The position numbers and the translations under genes were made by a program. Of a stretch of DNA of 64,000 nucleotides, positions 57,240 to 64,000 are shown piece after piece. The notes below the pieces were generated by a model that worked only from the letters and a program-made list of their open reading frames with translations, made no database searches and had not been told where the DNA came from. The first letter of the stretch is position 1. Each line of letters starts with the position of its first letter. Source of the DNA: a virus; IMG/VR virus record IMGVR_UViG_3300027763_000050, positions 14,368 through 78,367 of that record; one strand, given 5' to 3'.

Positions 57240-58658
57240 GTGGGCAAGTCGATTGGGCGATCCCTCAGTCAGGGCCTAGGTTTAGGCAAGATCCCTAGAC
57301 GCGCCGATGGCATCTATCCGACAAAGGAAAGCGGGCTAGGGCAATACGGAAGTACGGCCTATCCAACTGTTATTGAATCGTACAACCGCGAAACGGATTA
57401 CAAGCGGTGGCGGTTGGGGATGGAGTATTACTTTGGGGCGGGCAGAAGCTGGGCCGAAATCCAAATTCGCAGTTTTGGTAAGTTCTTTAATTCAGCCGCC
57501 GGAAACGATGAGTTGGATATGACGGGAAGTAAAGAGATTACAGCCTTAATCCCAAGTGGAGGCAGCCCTGAGAAAGCTTGGTATTGCAGTTGCCGAACCC
57601 GCGGAAGCCTCATACTTCCGTCACCGCTGGATTCAGCTGCGATTACCTTGAATACCAGTGATCCAGACCCAGCCAATCACACGCTGGTGTATGACTGCAG
57701 CGCATTTTACAGCCCGAACCAGGTAGCTGTATATAACTCATTTATTGGGGACCAGTTTGAGGACACTGCTAGCGGTCCGAATTACCCTGATGACCTAGTG
57801 CAAAAACCGGTTGGCAGTGTTGCGCTCACATTGATAAGCGTCAATATTGCAAGCAGGACCTTGGTGTTTGATCTCTCCAGGCCTTGCGTACGGGTATTCA
57901 CTAATGGTCGTATCTATTGGAAGCGGGAAGAGTATGACCCAACAGATCCACTTAGCTGGAATACCAGTTCGGGTCGGCATCTGTGTTCGTCATTCAAATT
58001 CTTCTGCTGCTGCCCGGACCACCTTGGCGGCGCCCTTGCGAACCTTGAATATCCCGGCGGCAATCAAGCCACTATGAGAGAATTTCCGCTGCCCAACACT
58101 GGGAGGGCGGTCAACTCGGCGTGGGAGCGGCAAGGGGCTGGTTACTACCGGCAATGGAGAACTCTCCCCGATCGGCGCGATGCGAGGAGAGACTGCAAGC
58201 ACATTCACGCATACCGCTGGCAGTGTGGAGTGCCGTGGCTAGAGCCCAGCGATTACCCCATTGGCGGCGAACGGAATGAATTGGAGGCCCTGGCGCAAAT
58301 GGAGCGAGGTTACAGCTCGGCAGAGATATATGATTTTTTCAGACTGGGAAAACTTAATTGGGACAGGTACGCATTAACAGTAGGGAACACTGTCGGCCTT
58401 GTTATTTTCCCGGGCGGTAACGTACGGGATAACGTGCGCCCAGACGCAAGGCCCATGCTATGGAATGACAGCCAAAGGCCTCTCGACAGCTGGTGTCGCA
58501 ACAACGATTGGTGGATGCAGAAAGGAACTCAAGAACTAAAGATCTATAATTTCGCGGCAAAGGAATTTCGTGATAAGGTGGTCAAAGGCGGAATTGAGTA
58601 TCCGGTACTGGAAATCATCCCTGATACTGCAGCAAAGAAACCGGTAATTGTTCAGTAG
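57240..58658 (+). CDS. SWIM-type zinc finger protein
   Basis: FCCCPDH ... CKHIHA with a long insertion between the two halves. Confidence 0.6.
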   Translation: MGKSIGRSLSQGLGLGKIPRRADGIYPTKESGLGQYGSTAYPTVIESYNRETDYKRWRLGMEYYFGAGRSWAEIQIRSFGKFFNSAAGNDELDMTGSKEITALIPSGGSPEKAWYCSCRTRGSLILPSPLDSAAITLNTSDPDPANHTLVYDCSAFYSPNQVAVYNSFIGDQFEDTASGPNYPDDLVQKPVGSVALTLISVNIASRTLVFDLSRPCVRVFTNGRIYWKREEYDPTDPLSWNTSSGRHLCSSFKFFCCCPDHLGGALANLEYPGGNQATMREFPLPNTGRAVNSAWERQGAGYYRQWRTLPDRRDARRDCKHIHAYRWQCGVPWLEPSDYPIGGERNELEALAQMERGYSSAEIYDFFRLGKLNWDRYALTVGNTVGLVIFPGGNVRDNVRPDARPMLWNDSQRPLDSWCRNNDWWMQKGTQELKIYNFAAKEFRDKVVKGGIEYPVLEIIPDTAAKKPVIVQ

Positions 58659-58686
58659 TTAGTAGAATTAAGGAAAGGGATTATCC

Positions 58687-59256
58687 GTGCCAGAAGAACC
58701 CTTAAATCCTAGTGTCGTAGTTGCTGGTTACACCCAGCGATATGCCGAAAACGACTGGGGGATCCTGGCAGCTATCAACCTGTGCATACAAGCAGCCGGA
58801 GGTATTGTGACTTCTTATCCAGCTAATACCGGTGGCATTATTAAGGCCCTGGTGGATTTATCGGTTGCGGTTGGGAGTATCTCGGGCGGATCAACAGTCT
58901 TGAACTTTTCAATGACTGCCTCCGTAACTCTGGCCAAGGGAGATCTGGTGTATATCAATAGCTCTGGGCAGGCAGCCAAGGCGATCGCTTCCGGCACTCG
59001 AGATCAAGCAACGGTAATTGGCATGGCATCTGCAACTACTGCGGCAGGATCACTTGGGAACATTACGCTTATGGGCGGTCAAGTTGGATTAACAACCCTT
59101 ACGCCCGGAGCACTGTATTACTTATCTGCCGTAACCGCCGGCGCCTACACCGTTACGCCCCCTAGCGGATCTGGTCAGTATGTAACTCACATTGGTGAAG
59201 CATTGAGCGCCACTACAATGATGATGGGCCCAGAGGAACCAACGAGGCTTGCGTAA
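58687..59256 (+). CDS. structural protein (capsid-cement-like C-terminal domain)
   Basis: LAKGDLVYI...A...VIGMA...LTPGALYYLS pattern. Confidence 0.6.
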   Translation: MPEEPLNPSVVVAGYTQRYAENDWGILAAINLCIQAAGGIVTSYPANTGGIIKALVDLSVAVGSISGGSTVLNFSMTASVTLAKGDLVYINSSGQAAKAIASGTRDQATVIGMASATTAAGSLGNITLMGGQVGLTTLTPGALYYLSAVTAGAYTVTPPSGSGQYVTHIGEALSATTMMMGPEEPTRLA

Positions 59257-59441
59257 TGACTACTAAAAAACCAATCGTGCTAACAAATGGTGAGCGCGAA
59301 GAATTACAGAGCGGTGACAATGTTGCGGCCAGCGACATTGGTTACGTCAACACTGGGACCAACCTTGCCGGCGCCACTGCACAGGCAGCGCTCACTGAAC
59401 TTGATCTCAATACAATAGTGTTTAGCGTGGCCCTCGGGTAA
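59256..59441 (+). CDS. small tail-fibre-associated protein
   Basis: ASDIGY...ATAQAALTEL...FSVALG. Confidence 0.55.
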   Translation: MTTKKPIVLTNGEREELQSGDNVAASDIGYVNTGTNLAGATAQAALTELDLNTIVFSVALG

Positions 59442-59788
59442 TGGCAGCAGCGTTCAAAAGCTACGTCACAAACAATATTGGGAGCACCTATACGGTGGTA
59501 ACTCCTACGGTTGCCGCCGGGGCTAAGCATACTGTGCTGGGTGTTTCGGTATATAACGTCAGCGGGGCAAGCAACACCACCTACCTGCGACTAAACAAGT
59601 CGGGCGGAACGGGAACCCATACTAATGCCCACTTTGCGTACAACCTGACACTTCAAGCCGGCACTGGTTTTGAGTTTGAAAGCGGCAATAAATTCGTGCT
59701 GGAACCTGGCGACACGATTGAGTGCAAGTCCTCGAGCGGTGCCAGCGGAATTCTTGAGGTGATTTACAACTATCTGGAGCTGAGCTAA
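59441..59788 (+). CDS. small beta-rich structural protein
   Basis: GNKFVLEPGDTI...YLE pattern common in cyanophage tail regions. Confidence 0.65.
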   Translation: MAAAFKSYVTNNIGSTYTVVTPTVAAGAKHTVLGVSVYNVSGASNTTYLRLNKSGGTGTHTNAHFAYNLTLQAGTGFEFESGNKFVLEPGDTIECKSSSGASGILEVIYNYLELS

Positions 59789-60705
59789 TGGCTTACATCG
59801 GACCTCTTGCGGCAATTGTGGCGGGCTCAGTTGGCAACACCGAGCTGAGCAATATTAGTCAGTACATCCTGAAAGGCCGTGTTTCTGCTGGCAGCGGCAG
59901 CCCTGAGGATCTGACGGCAGACCAGGCAATAACCATGCTGAACCAAGCCAGCAGTAGCACCTTGAATGCGGCAAGGGTTGCTTCCTATTACCGAACGATC
60001 CTGGCTAACGGCAGTACCGCGACCCAGCGGCCGCAGGTGAATTTCCTAAATGGCACGGGTATTACTGTTTCCGCGGCGGATGATGCGGTCAATAGCGAGA
60101 CAGAGCTAACTGTTGGCCTAGCTACGGTTGCAACGGCCCGAATCCTTGGGAACAACAGCGGCTCAACGGCTGCACCCACCGCGCTGGATGGTGACGGCGT
60201 ACTTGGAGTTATTAACGCTAGCGGCACCGCAACTCTCAATAACAACCGCCTGGCCGCACTTTCCCCTAGTCCGGCTGGTACGTTTGCAGCTGCAACTGTT
60301 ACGGTTGACGCGCAAGGCCGGGTAACTAACGCCACTGCTGGCTCCGGTTTCGCATACCTGGCGACTGCACAATCATTTACGGCTGCACAGCGGGGGTCGA
60401 TTTCCGCCCTCACTGATGGCGCAACAATTACTCCCGACTTCGCGGTTGCCAACAATTTCAGCGTGACCCTGGGCGGTAACCGGACACTGGCTAATCCGAC
60501 AAATCTAACCGCCGGGCAAAGCGGAGTAATAGTAATTTCACAGGATTCGTCTGGCTCAAGAACGGCTTCTTTTGGTGCGTATTGGAAATTCCCTGGTGGC
60601 ACCGCGCCAACATTGACGACTACGGCAAGTGCAAAAGATGTTTTATGTTACTTTGTCGACTCTTCCACTCGGATTACCGCTCGCCTGATAAGTGACGTAA
60701 AATGA
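59788..60705 (+). CDS. tail fibre protein
   Basis: VTVDAQGRVT repeat; C-terminal LTDGATITPDF..NNFSVTLGGNRTLANPTN...GQSG domain. Confidence 0.8.
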   Translation: MAYIGPLAAIVAGSVGNTELSNISQYILKGRVSAGSGSPEDLTADQAITMLNQASSSTLNAARVASYYRTILANGSTATQRPQVNFLNGTGITVSAADDAVNSETELTVGLATVATARILGNNSGSTAAPTALDGDGVLGVINASGTATLNNNRLAALSPSPAGTFAAATVTVDAQGRVTNATAGSGFAYLATAQSFTAAQRGSISALTDGATITPDFAVANNFSVTLGGNRTLANPTNLTAGQSGVIVISQDSSGSRTASFGAYWKFPGGTAPTLTTTASAKDVLCYFVDSSTRITARLISDVK

Positions 60706-63700
60706 GTATTCCAGGTTCTGCTGATCCATTACTACTGGCATCTGCCGCTGCTGATGGCGGTTTTCAGGTAAGTAGATCCCTCCGCTACTCGGCCAGTGAT
60801 TCGAGTTATTTAAGTCGCACCCCCAGTGTCGCTGGAAACCGCAAGATTTGGACCTGGAGCGGCTGGGTGAAACGGAGTGGGTTGGGGACAGATAGTCGAA
60901 TTTTTAGCGCCGCCACATCTGGAAGCAATCAGGCTGGCATTACCTTTAACACTGATGACACAATTGAGATTTTTGACTACCAAGGCAGCTATGGGTACAG
61001 AAAAAGGACGACGCAGGTTTTCCGCGACGCATCGGCTTGGTATCACTTTGTTCTAACCGCTGATTTTGACAACGGCACTGCTGAAGATCGACTTTGTTTC
61101 TATGTCAACGGGTCTCGTGTAACTACCTTTTCAACCAACACCAACCCATCATCTGGCTATGCAACAGGACTGTTTAATAGCACAATTCAACACGGGTTGG
61201 GTGCGTACAGCACTGCGGTTGCACTTTTGAATGGTTATTTAGCTAATATCCACTTTATCGACGGCCAAGCATTAACCCCCAGCAGTTTCACCGAAACCGA
61301 TGCCACTACTGGGCAGCTAATTCCTAAGGCTTATACCGGGAATTACGGAATAGTTTCAGTTGCTGCTGCCACTGGTGGTCTGCCGATTTGGAACACTACT
61401 GACACTTACGGCGCTGCCAAAGGGTCTGGGACTCGTACAGATGCAAGTAGTTCGTCGATTGTGTTGGCCTTGCCGATGGATGGCACCAACGGCGGCACAT
61501 CATTTGGTGATCAAAGCGCGACGATCAAAGGAAGTGGCAGTGCCAAGACCGTTACTGTTACTAATGCCACCACTTCGACATCATTAAGTAAATTTTACGG
61601 AAGCAGTGGATACTTTAACGGTTCATCTTATTTGACTACAGATTTATCATCTTTTAATATGGGTAGTGATTGGACCATTGAATTTTGGTGGTACAAATCA
61701 GGAACTGCAACAGGTAATCATGCTCATTTTCTTGGAGGGACTGTAGGAGGATCTAATTCATATGGACCAACGTGGCGTGACCAAGGATCCAATGATTGGC
61801 AATTTAATATAAATGGTTCTAGCATTTTGTTTTCGCAATTTAATGTAAATAATTACACAAATGCGTGGCATCATTATGCATTTGTAAGAAGCGGCGGAAC
61901 TTTATATTATTATGTTGACGGTGTATTACAAGGCAGCTCCGGTGTTTCATTTACTGGCAGTTGGGGTTCTTCTACAGAAATAGGGCGAGGTGGACCTGGC
62001 TGGAGTGGACAACTGGTCGTTGGTAGCGTTCAGGATTTTCGACTTTATCAAGGCGCCAAATACACCAGTAACTTCTCCCCAGTAGCCTCATATAACAATT
62101 CCTTCTACCTGAAATTTGACGATAACAGCAGTAACACCGCCAGCACATTAGGGAAGGACTCTAGCGGGCTGGGGAACAACTGGACCCCGAATAATTTTAG
62201 TGTTGTTGCGGGCGGTCCAACAACAATAACAACACCTGCCTCAAATGCGCCACCTACCGTTGACTTCCTCGTAGTTGCTGGCGGCGGCGGAGGGAGCACT
62301 GCTTTTGCTGGTGGTGGTGGCGCGGGTGGTTATCGTACATCTGTAGGAACATCTGGTGGCGGCGCACCTGCCGAAAGTGCATTATCTGTAGCACCTGCAA
62401 CAACTTACACCGTTACAGTTGGCGTTGGTGGTGCTGTAGGAACAAATGGATCTGATTCAGTTTTTTCAACTGTTACATCAATAGGCGGTGGCCGTGGTGG
62501 CGGCTCAGTAACAGCGGGAACTGGTGGATCTGGTGGTGGTGGTGGGCCGCAAAGCATCCAGCCAGCAGGTGCTGCTGGCACTGCAAATCAAGGTTTTGCA
62601 GGCGGTTCCGGCAGTCCGAGTAATAACTTCACTGCTGGTGGCGGTGGCGCTGGTGGAGTAGGTGGTGATAATTCTGCCGGTGGCCCTGGTGCTGGTGGTA
62701 TTGGTGTTTCTTCTTCAATTACAGGTTCCGCTGTAACAAGGGCTGTTGGTGGAGCAGGAGGCAATACTAATTCCAATGGAGTCGCAGGTACACCTAATAC
62801 AGGTAATGGAGCAACAGGAAACTGGAATGGAACAGGAGCGGAAGGAGGTTCCGGCATTGTTGTTATCCGCTATTCCAATACTTATGGAGACCTAACTGTT
62901 GGCAGTGGTCTTACTTACACATATGCAAATACCGGCGGATACAAAATTTATTCCTTTACCGCCAGTGCTACTCCTGCACAGGCTGCAGGTAACGACAGCT
63001 TAGTAGACTCCCCCACTAACGGGTCGCAAACAGATACCGGCGTGGGCGGCGAGGTGAGAGGAAACTACTGCACTTGGAATCCGTTGGCAACAGGCAATCT
63101 GATTGCAGAAAATGGCAATCTTGCGGTCAGGCCCACCTCTGACAATTGGCAGCAAATTAAAGCGACAATGGGCTTTACGACTGGTAAGTGGTATTGGGAA
63201 TGCACTGTCAATCCATCAACCACTTACGCTAATCAATACCATGGAATAAGCAATAGCCTGGAATCTCCAACAACAAATTTGGGCACAGTTTCTGGTTTTT
63301 GTTATGGCCGTGGTGGCGATAAGTATGCAGCAGGTGTAAATACTGCGGGCGTTGGCAGCGCATATGTTGCAGGCGACACGATTGGCATGGCCTTGGATTT
63401 GGATTCCGGAACGCAAACAATTAAATTTTACAAAAATGGTTCCTTGCAATTTACACAAACCATATCTGGCAATGGCCCTTGGCATCCTGCTAGTAATTGC
63501 TATTACGCACAATCGCCTGCTGTTTTTGATTCAAACTTCGGCCAACGCGCCTTTGCCTACACCGCACCATCAGGCTTCAAAGCACTCTGCACACAGAACC
63601 TGCCAGCCCCATTAGTCACGAAGTCTAATACGGCGATGGATGTTGTTACTTACGCAGGCAATGGCAGCACACAATCAATATCAAGTTTGGCTTTTGGACC

Positions 63701-64000
63701 TGATTTAGTTTGGATCAAAGCGCGAAATCTTGCCTATTACCACAGAATTGTTGATAGTGTTCGTGGCGTACAGAAATTTCTCTATAGCAATAGTACAGAT
63801 GTTGAGGAAACATCGACTCTTAATGGTCGCTTTAATTCTTTTGATGCTACCGGTTTTACACTTGGATCAGCCGACAATACAGGTGGCGATGGAATAAATC
63901 AATCCACTGCTCCGTATGTTGCATGGTGCTGGGACGCAGGCACCTCAACGGTATCCAACACACAAGGCAGCATCACTAGTCAGGTGCGGGCTAATGCTAC
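60702..64000 (+). CDS. long tail fibre/receptor-binding protein with LamG (ConA-like), Gly-rich and SPRY-like domains; runs off window end
   Basis: Not in ORF track because no stop is reached. Starts MSIPGSADPLL..SRSLRY..WTWSGWVKRS, has GKWYWE (SPRY-like), and is in the same frame at AWCWDAG..SQVRANA at the window end. Confidence 0.85.
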   Translation, partial: MSIPGSADPLLLASAAADGGFQVSRSLRYSASDSSYLSRTPSVAGNRKIWTWSGWVKRSGLGTDSRIFSAATSGSNQAGITFNTDDTIEIFDYQGSYGYRKRTTQVFRDASAWYHFVLTADFDNGTAEDRLCFYVNGSRVTTFSTNTNPSSGYATGLFNSTIQHGLGAYSTAVALLNGYLANIHFIDGQALTPSSFTETDATTGQLIPKAYTGNYGIVSVAAATGGLPIWNTTDTYGAAKGSGTRTDASSSSIVLALPMDGTNGGTSFGDQSATIKGSGSAKTVTVTNATTSTSLSKFYGSSGYFNGSSYLTTDLSSFNMGSDWTIEFWWYKSGTATGNHAHFLGGTVGGSNSYGPTWRDQGSNDWQFNINGSSILFSQFNVNNYTNAWHHYAFVRSGGTLYYYVDGVLQGSSGVSFTGSWGSSTEIGRGGPGWSGQLVVGSVQDFRLYQGAKYTSNFSPVASYNNSFYLKFDDNSSNTASTLGKDSSGLGNNWTPNNFSVVAGGPTTITTPASNAPPTVDFLVVAGGGGGSTAFAGGGGAGGYRTSVGTSGGGAPAESALSVAPATTYTVTVGVGGAVGTNGSDSVFSTVTSIGGGRGGGSVTAGTGGSGGGGGPQSIQPAGAAGTANQGFAGGSGSPSNNFTAGGGGAGGVGGDNSAGGPGAGGIGVSSSITGSAVTRAVGGAGGNTNSNGVAGTPNTGNGATGNWNGTGAEGGSGIVVIRYSNTYGDLTVGSGLTYTYANTGGYKIYSFTASATPAQAAGNDSLVDSPTNGSQTDTGVGGEVRGNYCTWNPLATGNLIAENGNLAVRPTSDNWQQIKATMGFTTGKWYWECTVNPSTTYANQYHGISNSLESPTTNLGTVSGFCYGRGGDKYAAGVNTAGVGSAYVAGDTIGMALDLDSGTQTIKFYKNGSLQFTQTISGNGPWHPASNCYYAQSPAVFDSNFGQRAFAYTAPSGFKALCTQNLPAPLVTKSNTAMDVVTYAGNGSTQSISSLAFGPDLVWIKARNLAYYHRIVDSVRGVQKFLYSNSTDVEETSTLNGRFNSFDATGFTLGSADNTGGDGINQSTAPYVAWCWDAGTSTVSNTQGSITSQVRANA

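Noticed and set aside
60702-64000. Diversity-generating retroelement target in the tail fibre
   Set aside because: No reverse transcriptase and no TR/VR repeat pair seen in the window.

Overview
The whole window is part of a tailed dsDNA cyanophage genome, probably infecting a Synechococcus/Cyanobium-type host. Host-like genes include thyX, DUF3288, CP12-like and NblA-like ORFs. From memory the gene set recalls S-EIV1-like freshwater phages, which needs a BLAST check. It has two divergent arms separated by a ~0.9 kb non-coding region (31550-32470). The leftward arm (1-31550, mostly minus strand) carries early, replication and nucleotide genes: thyX, HNH nuclease, dCMP deaminase, primase-VirE helicase, PD-(D/E)XK exonuclease, SSBs, a beta-clamp-like protein, SLOG/DprA-like, Gp157 and HicA-like. 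The rightward arm (32470-64000) carries putative internal virion proteins, terminase, portal, scaffold, a lysozyme-M15 lysin, two LAGLIDADG-like ORFs, major capsid, and neck and tail-fibre genes. Two things stand out. (1) A compact phage-encoded ubiquitin-like conjugation operon (Ubl ending in KG, JAB peptidase, E2-like, E1/ThiF) at 20597-23870. (2) An array of small early genes at 29.1-31.55 kb, each preceded by a copy of a conserved element (terminator-like hairpin, U-tract, second hairpin with invariant TTCAACAGTGCA, often abutting the ATG), which looks like a gene-cassette array. All product calls come from motif recognition by eye; no searches were run.
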